Of a stretch of 64,000 nt of DNA, positions 1-9,808 are shown one piece after another. Source of the stretch: Candidatus Micrarchaeota archaeon (GTDB lineage: Archaea > Iainarchaeota > Iainarchaeia > JAADDC01); the NCBI GenBank assembly GCA_027046625.1, contig JALTXX010000003.1:10378-74377 (forward strand). The letters run 5' to 3'. Under the pieces are notes generated by a model. That model worked only from the letters and a program-made list of their open reading frames with translations. It ran no database searches and was not told the DNA's origin. The position numbers and the translations under genes are program-made. Each line of letters starts with the position of its first letter. Positions within the stretch are counted from its first letter, which is position 1.

Positions 1-303
1 AAAGATATAGCAGAAGAGGGCAAGCTGTATGCTGTAGAGGGTGTTATAGTGTCTTCTGACCCGACAAGGGGTGAAGGTGTATTAGATGATGGTACAGGAA
101 CTCTCAAATTTGTATTGGATAGTATGATATTTGCGGAAAGGATAAAGGAAGGAACGTTTGTGCGTCTTATAGGGAGGGCATATCTAACGGATGATGGTAT
201 TGTTTTAAGAGCAGAGGTAGTAAACAATCTTAACGTAGGAAGTGATATGTATAATAGGGTAAAAAGGTTAGAAAGGAGGGTTTATCATGAGGGTGGTGTT
301 TGA
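1..303 (+). CDS. Small OB-fold protein, RPA14/Rpa3-like replication protein A subunit (5'-truncated by window edge)
   Basis: Frame open from base 1. LDDGTG motif, VRLIG strand and LRAEVV fit small RPA-type OB folds. Directly upstream of PCNA. Confidence 0.6.
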   Translation, partial: KDIAEEGKLYAVEGVIVSSDPTRGEGVLDDGTGTLKFVLDSMIFAERIKEGTFVRLIGRAYLTDDGIVLRAEVVNNLNVGSDMYNRVKRLERRVYHEGGV

Positions 304-1024
304 AGGAGCGGATGTGTTCAAAAAATCCATGAAAGCCATTGGAAATATCGTGGATGAAGGGGTATTTACCTTTGATGATGAAGGTATGAAGCTCAGATCT
401 ACTGATCCATCAAAGATAGCCATGGTGGACTTCCTTTTGCCTAAGCACGCCTTTAGAGAATATGAGGTAGAGGGTGAGACAAAGGTAGGACTCAACATAG
501 ACGAGGTTATGAATGCCTTGAAGAGGGTGAAGAGTAGTGAGGAGGTACACCTCTCCCTAGAGGATGGGAGATTTATAATAGAGCTTGTGGGAAAGGCAAA
601 AAGAAGGTTTGTGCTTCCTGTACTTGACATAGGGGGGTCAGAACTCCCCACACCGAAGCTATCGTTTACAGCAAGCTCAAAGGTAATATCAGAGGTGTTA
701 CAAAACGCATTCAAAGACGCAGAGGTATTCTCTAGCCATGTTACGATAGAAATGGACTCAGAAACCTTCAAGGTGAGTGCTAGTGGTGCGAGGGGTGAGT
801 ATGTGTTGGAGCTAAAGAAGGATGTACATGATTCTTTGCTGGATCTAGCTGTTAGCGAACCTGCAAGAGCTTCCTATCCATTGGACTATCTCCAAGACAT
901 GTTAAGTGAGGTGAGTAAAACAGCAGCGGTTACCATAGCAATAAAGACAGACGCACCTCTTAAACTGGGGTATAACATAGGGGATGCAAGCTTTGTGTAC
1001 TATCTCGCTCCCCGCATTGAGTGA
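287..1024 (+). CDS. pcn: DNA sliding clamp PCNA
   Basis: 245 aa with TDPSKIAMVD motif, YPLDYL and C-terminal YYLAPRIE. GGAGG lies 7 nt before the ATG. Confidence 0.95.
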   Translation: MRVVFEGADVFKKSMKAIGNIVDEGVFTFDDEGMKLRSTDPSKIAMVDFLLPKHAFREYEVEGETKVGLNIDEVMNALKRVKSSEEVHLSLEDGRFIIELVGKAKRRFVLPVLDIGGSELPTPKLSFTASSKVISEVLQNAFKDAEVFSSHVTIEMDSETFKVSASGARGEYVLELKKDVHDSLLDLAVSEPARASYPLDYLQDMLSEVSKTAAVTIAIKTDAPLKLGYNIGDASFVYYLAPRIE

Positions 1025-1758
1025 TAGATATGTTAATATTCAGGGTGTCTCCCAGAGATACAAGGGCTTGGAAGACAACCTTTGATGTAATATCCCAATT
1101 TATTACGGAGGGTATACTTCAGTTTAGAGAAAGGGGCATCGAGTTCGAAGCTCTCGATCCTTCAATGATACTCTTTGTGAGAATGTTTTATCCAAAGGAA
1201 GGATTTTCTGTCTATGAACTGAAACACCCAATCGTGAATGTGCCCCTCCCGCTCTCGGAGCTCCAGAGAATACTCGGAAGGGTACAGCAGAGCGCAAATC
1301 TTATTTTAGAGCTGCATGGGAGTACCTTGAAAATCTATATAGAGGGAGAACGCTCAATAAAGGAGTATCTCTTGCCTGTTATAGATATGGAACCATCTCC
1401 TGTAGCCATAAATCTACCTCAGGAAGGAGCCAAGATAATTGCTTTGGCGGAGGACATAAGGGACGCCCTGAGAGATGTGGGTGTGGTATCCAAGCAGGTA
1501 ACTGTAGGAGTGAAGGATGGCAAACTATATTTTGAGAGTGTGGAGGGAAACAGCAAGGCAAAGACTGTGATAGAAAGAGCAAATGTGGACGCATCTTCTA
1601 ATGTAAAATCCGTATACCCTCTAGATTACCTTTCAAGTATTGTGAGGGGGGCGGAAGATGAGATATCTATGGTGGTGGGAGAGGATTCTCCCATAAGGAT
1701 AGATTATAGAACAGGTGACGCCAGGCTTATGTTTGTTCTTGCACCTATACTATTATGA
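1021..1758 (+). CDS. Second, divergent PCNA paralog
   Basis: 245 aa with ALDPSMILFV, YPLDYLSSI and DSPIRIDY...FVLAP, colinear with the first PCNA. Confidence 0.85.
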   Translation: MIDMLIFRVSPRDTRAWKTTFDVISQFITEGILQFRERGIEFEALDPSMILFVRMFYPKEGFSVYELKHPIVNVPLPLSELQRILGRVQQSANLILELHGSTLKIYIEGERSIKEYLLPVIDMEPSPVAINLPQEGAKIIALAEDIRDALRDVGVVSKQVTVGVKDGKLYFESVEGNSKAKTVIERANVDASSNVKSVYPLDYLSSIVRGAEDEISMVVGEDSPIRIDYRTGDARLMFVLAPILL

Positions 1759-2573
1759 TGTATAACTATGTACCCTTTCTTGCCATAAAGGAAAAGAGAA
1801 AGGACTTACTACCAGAACCATCAAAGATAGAAAAGTCAGAGGTGGAAGCGGTTGGAAATAGACTGAAAACCATTCTTTTCAGGGGAAAGACCCCTCCTTC
1901 CAATCCAAAAGTGTTTTTCATAGAGGCAAACATTGTATCTCTGTCTCCCTCGTCCTTTCTAAAGGAGCGATGGGCTAAATACTATGCAGATCTCGCTCTT
2001 CATATTTTAAGGGAAAGAGGTATCTACGATGTAGGTGATAGGATAAAGATTGGGGATTTTCTTCGCATAAGGAGGCCGTATAACGAGCTGAAGCTCTATC
2101 ACCTTGAGGTGGAGGGGGGAGAAGTAGATGTTTCGAGGGTAAGACATCTACTAGAAGCTTCCATACTGTTTACTGAAATATTGGAATGGATAGAGAAGAT
2201 TCAACCACTTGCGTCTCAGATAGAGGTATTCAGAGAGGCTACAAAGTACCTCCAACCTCCTACAAGAAAGAGGGGAAACAAGTTTATTCAGACCCTTCTT
2301 GAGGCTGTAGGCATCCCAGATGGAAGAAAGAGGATACTGTACTATTGGCTGATACCCTACTGGGTTACTATTGAGGGGAAGAGCAATGACGAGGTATTAG
2401 AGTCAGCCCTTGAGTGGTTGTCTAGGCAGGGAGGAGCCAAGGTGTACACATCCTGGATACTCTCAGAGGCAGACAATGTAAGAACAAAAGGAATAAAACC
2501 TTGGAGCTTGGGGAAAGTGGAAAAGGTAGATAAAGAGCTAGTAAATATTCTGCGGGAGATGAGAATAGTATGA
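1755..2573 (+). CDS. Non-catalytic primase subunit: PriL-like N-terminus with PriX-like C-terminal domain
   Basis: N-terminal YVPFL and LKLYHLEVEGGEV resemble the PriL N-domain. C-terminal GIPDGRKRILYYWLIPYW...KVYTSWI...KGIKPWSLGK resembles PriX. No Cys. Immediately upstream of priS. Confidence 0.7.
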   Translation: MMYNYVPFLAIKEKRKDLLPEPSKIEKSEVEAVGNRLKTILFRGKTPPSNPKVFFIEANIVSLSPSSFLKERWAKYYADLALHILRERGIYDVGDRIKIGDFLRIRRPYNELKLYHLEVEGGEVDVSRVRHLLEASILFTEILEWIEKIQPLASQIEVFREATKYLQPPTRKRGNKFIQTLLEAVGIPDGRKRILYYWLIPYWVTIEGKSNDEVLESALEWLSRQGGAKVYTSWILSEADNVRTKGIKPWSLGKVEKVDKELVNILREMRIV

Positions 2574-3772
2574 TGGAGCTACTAAGAGATGCCATAAAAA
2601 AGTACTATACCTCTACGAGGATATCAGCCCCTCCAGAGATAGAAAAGAGAGAATTTGGGTATAGTAAGGAGGTGGGCCAGAAGATTAGAACAAGACATGT
2701 ATCCTTCCAAAGTGAAGAGGAACTGAACAAATTTCTCAGAGCAGAAAGCCCCTTTTACATCTCCTACTCTGTGGGGTATTTCAAGTACCCCTCTGCCACA
2801 CCCATGGAGAACAAGGTGATGTTGGGGGCAGATATGGTGTTTGAATTTGATGCAGATGAGGTAGGCGTTTTCACGGAAAAGGATGTGTGGATATGTGACA
2901 ACTGCAATCTAAAGGGATTTGGATACAGAGAGACCTGCCCCAAATGTGGAAAACCCGTTAGAATGGAGCTGTTTCCCTCTGAAGAGCGGGAAAAGAAACT
3001 GAAGGAGATGGTACACTCTCTTATAAACGATGTACTAATAGGTGAGCTGGGATTCTCAGAGAGGGAGGTAGAGGTGAACTTTTCAGGTAATAGAGGATAC
3101 CATATACACCTTAGAAGTGATGTAGTGAGAGAGTTGGATAAGGATGCAAGGATAGAGCTAGCAGAATATATTACAGGGCAATCTATAGACCCTAGGTATC
3201 TATTTTCAGAACCTATTAGATGTGGGAAGGAGTTTTGTATAAGAGGGCCTAAACCAACAGACAAAGGCTGGCCTGGACGGATAGCTAGGGCTGTATACGA
3301 GATTATAAAGGAGGGGAGGGAGGAGCTTCTGAAGGAAGTGGGCGTAAACCCGTCGGAGATAAGAAACTACCACCTCTATATTGAAAGGGGTGAATGGCCG
3401 GCACCGCAGAGATACCCTCTTAGGGTATGGATAGAGCTTGCAAGAAGGATGGCTCCTCTGAGAGGATATACTATAGACACATCCACAACGGTTGATATAC
3501 ATAGACTGATAAGACTTCCAGATAGTATACACGGAAGTACCGGCTTATCTGCCAAAAGGGTGTCCTCATTGAGCACCTTTGACCCCTATAGAGATGCGGT
3601 GGTGCTTCCCTCTGTAGAGGTTACGGTAAAAGTAGATATATCACCATCCTTTAGGATGAAGAGGAGAGAGTTCGGACCATTTAAAAATGAGGTGGTGGAG
3701 CTACCTCTTTATGTTGCTTACTACCTAATAGGTAGGGGGGTGGCCCAATGGCGCTTGACTTCCAGCGCATAA
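2570..3772 (+). CDS. priS: DNA primase catalytic (small) subunit
   Basis: REFG, DMVFEFDAD, FSGNRGYHIH, IDTSTTVDIHRLIRLPDSIHG. Contains a CxxC...CxxC insertion. Confidence 0.95.
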   Translation: MMELLRDAIKKYYTSTRISAPPEIEKREFGYSKEVGQKIRTRHVSFQSEEELNKFLRAESPFYISYSVGYFKYPSATPMENKVMLGADMVFEFDADEVGVFTEKDVWICDNCNLKGFGYRETCPKCGKPVRMELFPSEEREKKLKEMVHSLINDVLIGELGFSEREVEVNFSGNRGYHIHLRSDVVRELDKDARIELAEYITGQSIDPRYLFSEPIRCGKEFCIRGPKPTDKGWPGRIARAVYEIIKEGREELLKEVGVNPSEIRNYHLYIERGEWPAPQRYPLRVWIELARRMAPLRGYTIDTSTTVDIHRLIRLPDSIHGSTGLSAKRVSSLSTFDPYRDAVVLPSVEVTVKVDISPSFRMKRREFGPFKNEVVELPLYVAYYLIGRGVAQWRLTSSA

Positions 3773-4281
3773 AAAACGTGCATCTTGCAGAAAAGAGCAG
3801 CGCAGACCTAAGTAAGGTAGAGCCGGACTTTTATGAGCAGCTGGCCAAGTTTTTACAGGAGGAGAGAAAGAAATTTTATGAAATGGTGGAGAAGAGCGCT
3901 GATAATCTAGATCCTGCAGATGTATACTATTATAAGAACCTTTCCACCATAGTAAGGGAGATTATTCTTATGAGATCTGAAAAGGTGGTAAGAAGGGCTG
4001 TTCAAGAAGTAAATAGTCCAGCCTCTTCTGAAAATATGGTGGATTGGGAGAAAGAACTATACTGGCATGTTAGAAAAGAGGTGGAATCTAGATTATCAAG
4101 TGTGGTGGGAGAGGGGAGTCATTTAAATCTTGTGCGTGTGAGGATTCTTACAGATATACCCATGTTTGTGGGGCCGGATCTAAAGGAGTATGGGCCCTAC
4201 AGAATGGGTGAAGAGGTCCCCCTTCCTAGGGAGGTGGCAGAACTCCTGAAAAGTAAGGGGCAGGCGGAGGTGATAGAATGA
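3748..4281 (+). CDS. GINS15 (Gins51) replication factor
   Basis: Helical A domain plus C-terminal B domain [21 protein letters not shown]...LPREVAELL. Canonical position after priS. Confidence 0.85.
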   Translation: MALDFQRIKNVHLAEKSSADLSKVEPDFYEQLAKFLQEERKKFYEMVEKSADNLDPADVYYYKNLSTIVREIILMRSEKVVRRAVQEVNSPASSENMVDWEKELYWHVRKEVESRLSSVVGEGSHLNLVRVRILTDIPMFVGPDLKEYGPYRMGEEVPLPREVAELLKSKGQAEVIE

Positions 4282-4466
4282 AACTACCCATACCAGTTCC
4301 TAGATCAAGGTTTCTTAGGGTAAAGTGCCCTTCCTGTGGTAGTGTTAACATTGTGTTTGACCGTGCATCCACTGTGGTGACGTGCCTATCCTGTGGGGAG
4401 GTGTTGGCAGAGCCTACAGGAGGAAAGGCGAAGATATTGGGCGAGGTTGTGGAGGTACTCACATGA
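4278..4466 (+). CDS. rps27e: 30S ribosomal protein S27e
   Basis: [11 protein letters not shown]...[18 protein letters not shown]. Confidence 0.97.
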   Translation: MKLPIPVPRSRFLRVKCPSCGSVNIVFDRASTVVTCLSCGEVLAEPTGGKAKILGEVVEVLT

Positions 4467-5221
4467 AGGCACCGGAACAGAACGATTATGTGGTGGTAAA
4501 GGTAACGCGCATCATCCAGTACGGAGCGTATGTAGAGCTTGAAGAGTTTCCCGGCTGGACAGGGTTTATACATATATCTGAGGTAGCTCCTTACTGGGTA
4601 AAGAACATAAGAAGCCATGTTAGAGAGGGACAAACAAGGGTAGCCAAGGTATTGAAGGTATACCCAGACAAGAAGAGTACAGATCTTTCTCTGAAAAGAG
4701 TACCTCAAGCTATAGCCAAGAGAAAGATGGAAGAGCTTAGGAGATCAAAGAGGGGAAAGTTCCTTCTTGAGCTTGCCGCAAAGTCTATGGGGAGAGATCC
4801 TAAAGAGGTGGAAGAGGTATTGGAAAAGGAGTTTGGAGATGTGTTTGGAGCCTTTGAAAATGCAGCTCTCTATGGAAGGGAAGTATTAGAGAGTGTGGAT
4901 ATAGATGAGGAGTGGAAAAGGGCTATTGTAGAGATTGCAAACAAGTATATAGAGATTCCAAGGAAGAAAGTGATGAGAACCCTTGAAATAACAGTTCCTG
5001 GCCCCTATGGAGCCAAGGTAATAAGAGAATCTCTTCTATCTATTATTAAAGAGAGCAAGCCAAACACAGAGATAAGGGCATATGTGGCAGGTGTGCCAAG
5101 ATACACAGTTGAGGTAATTTCCCATGACTATAGAACGGCTGAGAAGGTAATAGATGAGATGGTGGAGCGTATAAGGGAGGGTGTGGAGAAGGAAAAGGGA
5201 AAAGTTGAGGTGGTAGAATGA
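4463..5221 (+). CDS. eif2a: Translation initiation factor 2 alpha subunit
   Basis: S1 domain GAYVELEEF...GFIHISEV...DLSLKRV. Start reassigned to ATG 4463 (GGAGG 7 nt upstream, ATGA overlap with rps27e). Confidence 0.95.
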   Translation: MKAPEQNDYVVVKVTRIIQYGAYVELEEFPGWTGFIHISEVAPYWVKNIRSHVREGQTRVAKVLKVYPDKKSTDLSLKRVPQAIAKRKMEELRRSKRGKFLLELAAKSMGRDPKEVEEVLEKEFGDVFGAFENAALYGREVLESVDIDEEWKRAIVEIANKYIEIPRKKVMRTLEITVPGPYGAKVIRESLLSIIKESKPNTEIRAYVAGVPRYTVEVISHDYRTAEKVIDEMVERIREGVEKEKGKVEVVE

Positions 5222-5391
5222 GATTTCTTATGAGGAAGTGTGTAAAGTGCAAGATATACACATTCAAGGATAGGTGCCCCTCTTGTGGAGCGGAAACAGC
5301 ATCGGCCCATCCTCCGAGGTTTTCCCCTGAAGATAAGTATGGAAAGTATAGGAGACTTGCAAAAAAGAAATGGGGGTTGGTAGATGTTTGA
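5218..5391 (+). CDS. nop10: H/ACA RNP protein Nop10 (57 aa, not in ORF track)
   Basis: Manual translation: [57 protein letters not shown]. Confidence 0.95.
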   Translation: MRFLMRKCVKCKIYTFKDRCPSCGAETASAHPPRFSPEDKYGKYRRLAKKKWGLVDV

Positions 5392-6148
5392 ACTAAAAGA
5401 GATAAGGAGGGTAGAAGCTGAAGTTTTGGTAACAGGGTTGCCCGGATTTGGACGTGTGGGACACGTTGCAGCAAATTATTTGGTAGATAAGCTAAACCTA
5501 GAGCCTGTAGCAATACTACATTCACATGTGTTTCCCCATGCTGTGGTGGTGGATGAAAAAGGGGTGTTAAGATTATTGAACAACACATTTTACTATGTGG
5601 AAGCAGAAAGACCCTTCATTCTTCTTACGGGGGATGTACAACCCTCCATAGATCCCAACGCATCCCCAGAGCCCCATCATCTTTATGCAAAATTTGTACT
5701 GGATTATGCTGAAGAGAGGGGCGTAAAGGAGATATACACTATGGCAGGGATGGATATTGGCCCCTCAAGGTTTACAGAGGGAACAGGTACGGTGTGCGCA
5801 GCTACCCATGAAGATATTATAAAATCATTCACAGATATGGGCTGTGATATAGACAGGGGAGGCACCATTACGGGTATTGCAGGACTCTTGCTTGGTTATG
5901 CAAAGGAAAGGGGAATGAGAGGCGCCTGTATTATGGGCAAAACCTCTGGACAAATGACAAACCATGGGGATCCTGGTGCAGCAGCAGAGGTATTAAAACT
6001 TATGCAGAAGATTCTCGGCTTCTCAGTGGATTTAAAGGATTTAGAAGAGGCCAACAAAGAGATAGAGAAAGTAGTGAGAGGACTCATGACCGGCCCGCCA
6101 AAAGTCTCTGAAGAGAAGAAGAGAGAGAAGCTAGACTATATACAGTGA
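5384..6148 (+). CDS. PAC2-family proteasome assembly chaperone
   Basis: [35 protein letters not shown]. Usual neighbour of nop10. Confidence 0.9.
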   Translation: MFELKEIRRVEAEVLVTGLPGFGRVGHVAANYLVDKLNLEPVAILHSHVFPHAVVVDEKGVLRLLNNTFYYVEAERPFILLTGDVQPSIDPNASPEPHHLYAKFVLDYAEERGVKEIYTMAGMDIGPSRFTEGTGTVCAATHEDIIKSFTDMGCDIDRGGTITGIAGLLLGYAKERGMRGACIMGKTSGQMTNHGDPGAAAEVLKLMQKILGFSVDLKDLEEANKEIEKVVRGLMTGPPKVSEEKKREKLDYIQ

Positions 6149-6545
6149 TAGGTGTGAGAAAGAGTACTAATAACCTGTTTTCTAATAGAAGGAGAAGGGA
6201 AACCGCTATGGGTGTAGTAAAGATGGGAAACGAGAGAGAGGAAAGTAAAATAGCTGTGTAATTGTCTCCTCCTAGAAGTATGTGCAGGAACGATGCAGCA
6301 ATACCTTTTATAAGATGAGTTTCCAGTCTCTCTAGATCTCCCCTTCTGGCATACTCGTTATAGGCGGAGGATGTGAATACAGAGAGGGATAACACAAGAT
6401 TTGGAATGATGGTAGAGGGTGAAATAATTTTTAGGGAAGCAAAAAGCGACAAATATCCTACTACTAATAGGGAGAAGGCGTAACTTGATACTAGTACTAT
6501 CACACACTGTGATAGAACGGACGGTTTTAAATGTATGGTGCCCAT
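6084..6545 (-). CDS. Hypothetical membrane protein
   Basis: Fills the gap between PAC2 and GT2 and has several hydrophobic segments. Start uncertain. Confidence 0.45.
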   Translation of the reverse strand: MGTIHLKPSVLSQCVIVLVSSYAFSLLVVGYLSLFASLKIISPSTIIPNLVLSLSVFTSSAYNEYARRGDLERLETHLIKGIAASFLHILLGGDNYTAILLSSLSFPIFTTPIAVSLLLLLENRLLVLFLTPITVYSLASLSSSLQRLLAGRS

Positions 6546-7760
6546 TACCTTAGTGTGATAGAATTAGCGTATACCACAATATTGGGAATATTCTTGCTTA
6601 TATCCCTTTTGTACTATGTTATCACGGCTGCAAGCCTATCAATACAGAGGAAATACTATCCATCTAGTAGAAAAAAGCCCTTTGTAAGCGTCCATGTACC
6701 TGTATACAACGATATTATAGTTGGAAGGTTGTTGGATGCCCTAAAGAGGCAAAAGTATGAGCATTTTGAGGTTATCGTGGTGGATGATAGCGATGATCCT
6801 GAAACGAGACGTGTTATTGATGTATATGAAAAGGATCCAAGGATTAAGGTTATAAGAAGGGATAGGAGGGAGGGATATAAGGCAGGAGCCCTTAATGAGG
6901 CATTAAAACATTCAAAAGGAGAAATTATAGTGGTATTTGACTCAGATTTTGTACCTAGGGATAACTTCTTAGAGGAAGTAGTAAAACCCTTTGAAGACCC
7001 CTCTATTTCCTATGTTCAGGCCAGATGGGACTTTGAGAACCTTGATGAAAACCTTGTAACTGTGTTTGCAGGTGTTCCACTCCTTATGTATCACTATCTC
7101 TTCTATCCTCTTATGGACAGATTTGGAGTTCCCTATCTATCAGGTACTGCTATGGCCATAAGAAAGAAGGCACTTGAAGATGTGGGAGGTTGGAGGAACG
7201 GTACCCTAACAGAGGATGGGGACATGAGCATGAGACTTATTATGAAGGGTTACAGGGGAGCCTACCTCCATTCTCCAGAAACACCTAGCCAGCTTCCGAG
7301 GGGATTGAAAACATTTTGCGTGCAGCAGCAGCGTTGGAGTACAGGAATGTTAGAAGCGTTATACCTTAATGGGAAGGCCCTTATCTATTCTAAGAAGATA
7401 AACTTCACACAAAAGATGCTAGCCCTCGTTATACCCCTTCTAAACCTTATATTTCCTGTCGTTGCAATTATTGTGGTAGTGTCCTTGTATCTATGGGGTG
7501 TAGGAGTTTCTCCTATCACACCTGAGATGGCACCCATCTTATTGTTGTTAGGTTCTGGTTATGTGGTGGCCGGTCTTGTATCCCTTTATAAGAAGGGAAA
7601 ACTACACCTTTTCCCTCATTTTATCCTCTCTACCTACATTGTGGGACCGGTGTTAGCGTTCTACAATACCTTAGCCATGGTAAAGAGAGCAATAACCGGT
7701 CACTTACACTGGGTGGTAACTCCCAAGGAGGTTAGAGCAGCAAATCCAACATACAGGTAA
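6531..7760 (+). CDS. Processive GT2 glycosyltransferase (cellulose synthase-like)
   Basis: VDDS, GYKAGALN, FDSD, TED and QQQRW motifs, with N- and C-terminal TM helices. Confidence 0.9.
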   Translation: MYGAHYLSVIELAYTTILGIFLLISLLYYVITAASLSIQRKYYPSSRKKPFVSVHVPVYNDIIVGRLLDALKRQKYEHFEVIVVDDSDDPETRRVIDVYEKDPRIKVIRRDRREGYKAGALNEALKHSKGEIIVVFDSDFVPRDNFLEEVVKPFEDPSISYVQARWDFENLDENLVTVFAGVPLLMYHYLFYPLMDRFGVPYLSGTAMAIRKKALEDVGGWRNGTLTEDGDMSMRLIMKGYRGAYLHSPETPSQLPRGLKTFCVQQQRWSTGMLEALYLNGKALIYSKKINFTQKMLALVIPLLNLIFPVVAIIVVVSLYLWGVGVSPITPEMAPILLLLGSGYVVAGLVSLYKKGKLHLFPHFILSTYIVGPVLAFYNTLAMVKRAITGHLHWVVTPKEVRAANPTYR

Positions 7761-8670
7761 GTGCATTTGGGCATGCGCCTGTAAGGAGAAGCACTGATAA
7801 CTTTCCAAGGGTAAAGAACATGTAAGAAAGGAATAGCATAATGGGTACCAAGGACATAGCATCTACCATTTTCCCTGTTCTAATTAGAGCACCTACAGCA
7901 CCTGCTAATACTGCTTGAATGAGTACATACAAGGTTAGAATGTTATTTATAACCTCCGAGGTGGCAACCTTCTGTTTAAAAAACTCCTCTGATTGCATGC
8001 CACTTTTCACCATGTCCTCTCCAATTTTCATCATGAAGAGCTGTATACCCATGGACATACCCACTATTAGAGGTCCAAGCACAGCTGCAGACACAAATAT
8101 AAACATAAACTGCATAGAAACTCTAGCCTTTCTCTCTTTCCTGATCTGATAAGTCTTCCTAATGTCTTCTGCAATCTCATCCAGTATATCTGCTACCCTT
8201 CCACCCGTTCTTAACGAATCTGTAATAATGAGGACCGCCTTTCTCAAGAAATCGGAATCTATCCTCATGGATAAAGAGTTTAGAGCTGCAATGAAGGATT
8301 TACCAGCCTCAATCTCCTTTAGCATAAGGGAGAACTGCTTTGATAGCTCTCCATACTCAGATGCTATCACCTCTTTTATGGCTACCTCAAAGGTACCCCC
8401 AGATCTCAACACGGCTGCCATCTCCCTTAGTGCATCACCCAGATTTTCCTCGATGCTCTCCACAATCTGCTTTCCTTTTTTGTAGGGTGTAAACACAATA
8501 AACATTCCCACAATAAGTATGACAATACCGAACAGATAGTAGCCAGTGAGTATGAGAGCTATTCCTATAAGAGAGACCACACTACCAAGGGTTAGTATAA
8601 AACGGGCGTTTAGCTTGGGAAACGCTAGCTTTACCACATTCTCATAGTGTTTTATCCATTCAGCTGGCAA
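7732..8670 (-). CDS. Type IV pilus/T2SS F-family membrane platform protein (TadC-like)
   Basis: LGDALREMAAVLRSG, YGELSKQF, GGRVADIL and TM segments. Confidence 0.88.
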   Translation of the reverse strand: MPAEWIKHYENVVKLAFPKLNARFILTLGSVVSLIGIALILTGYYLFGIVILIVGMFIVFTPYKKGKQIVESIEENLGDALREMAAVLRSGGTFEVAIKEVIASEYGELSKQFSLMLKEIEAGKSFIAALNSLSMRIDSDFLRKAVLIITDSLRTGGRVADILDEIAEDIRKTYQIRKERKARVSMQFMFIFVSAAVLGPLIVGMSMGIQLFMMKIGEDMVKSGMQSEEFFKQKVATSEVINNILTLYVLIQAVLAGAVGALIRTGKMVDAMSLVPIMLFLSYMFFTLGKLSVLLLTGACPNALTCMLDLLL

Positions 8671-9808
8671 GGGGATCAGACCTCCTTACAAAGATTGCTA
8701 GCACCAACATAAAGAAAGGAATGGCAACCAGGTATATAACCCTCAATGTCTCTGGTGGCATGCCAAAAGCTTGTAGAATGTTGTTCTGCATGGGGGCGTT
8801 GCCTATACCTGCTAGCATGGATAAAATAGCTGGAAACACAATACCTGCAAACATAAATACAACTCCGATCATGTTTAGCTTTTCAGCAAATTCCCTTACT
8901 CTGTTTCTCTGTTCAAATGACAAGTCCTCTGCGATACGCTTTATAGCGTCTGAAAGGTTTCCACCAACTCGAAGTGATCTTAGGATCTGGGATATGGCCA
9001 GCCTTACCCATTTTGACCTGGATCTTAGTGCGAAACTCTCAAGAGCCTCTTCCGTTGTTTTTCCCTGGGAAATTTCTCTTAGTGTTCTTTTAAATTCCTC
9101 TGAGAGTACCTTATACCTTGCAGCTGCAATAGACTCCATGGCATTGTAGAGGCTCATACCAGAGCGGATAACAACCGCCAAATGTCTAAGGGCAAAGGGT
9201 AGCTCCTTTTCCATAACGGAGGCTCTTTCATTGGTTTTCATGCGGGGGTAGGAAAGAGCAGCCCCAAATGCTATTATAAAAACTATTAGAGGTGTTAGAA
9301 ACGTGTTTAAAGCTGCAACAATAGGGTTGGAAGCGCTAATTACCATGAGTAATCCAACCGCAACAAGGGAAAGCAATGCCATAACGCTGGCAAATACAAG
9401 GGATATGATGACGTACTGTCTTGCTGTAAGCTTTATATTAGCTGCGTAGAGCTCAAAATCCAATTTTCTTAGCAATTCATTATTTGCCAGCTTTTCTAGT
9501 AGTCTATCATAGAGATTTTTGTACTTTTCATAGATTTTTCCAAAAAATCTTATGATATCCGAGGGGTGTTCAGTGAGAGGGACCGTAATCCTTGACATAA
9601 TGGATCGTACAGTTATAATGTTGTGCACCGCAGTCTCGGCCTTTTCCTCTTTTTCCTCCATAACCTCTACATTCTGCTTCTCTCTGTATTTCTCTATAAT
9701 CTTCTCCACTACTTCCTCCGGAAGTAATTCATCTATCTGAACGCTTTTCTTTTCCTTCTTCTTTTTCCTCCTAAAAGCGTCCTTTATGCTGTCTAGGATT
9801 TTTGCCAC
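8660..9808 (-). CDS. Type IV pilus/T2SS F-family membrane platform protein (TadB/C-like)
   Basis: ELPFALRHLAVVIRSG, LSEEFKR, GGNLSDAI. Confidence 0.9.
   Translation of the reverse strand: MAKILDSIKDAFRRKKKKEKKSVQIDELLPEEVVEKIIEKYREKQNVEVMEEKEEKAETAVHNIITVRSIMSRITVPLTEHPSDIIRFFGKIYEKYKNLYDRLLEKLANNELLRKLDFELYAANIKLTARQYVIISLVFASVMALLSLVAVGLLMVISASNPIVAALNTFLTPLIVFIIAFGAALSYPRMKTNERASVMEKELPFALRHLAVVIRSGMSLYNAMESIAAARYKVLSEEFKRTLREISQGKTTEEALESFALRSRSKWVRLAISQILRSLRVGGNLSDAIKRIAEDLSFEQRNRVREFAEKLNMIGVVFMFAGIVFPAILSMLAGIGNAPMQNNILQAFGMPPETLRVIYLVAIPFFMLVLAIFVRRSDPLAS

Noticed and set aside
4382-4462. ORF-track N-terminal extension of aIF2 alpha
   Set aside because: It lies inside rps27e. The SD and ATGA overlap support the start at 4463.
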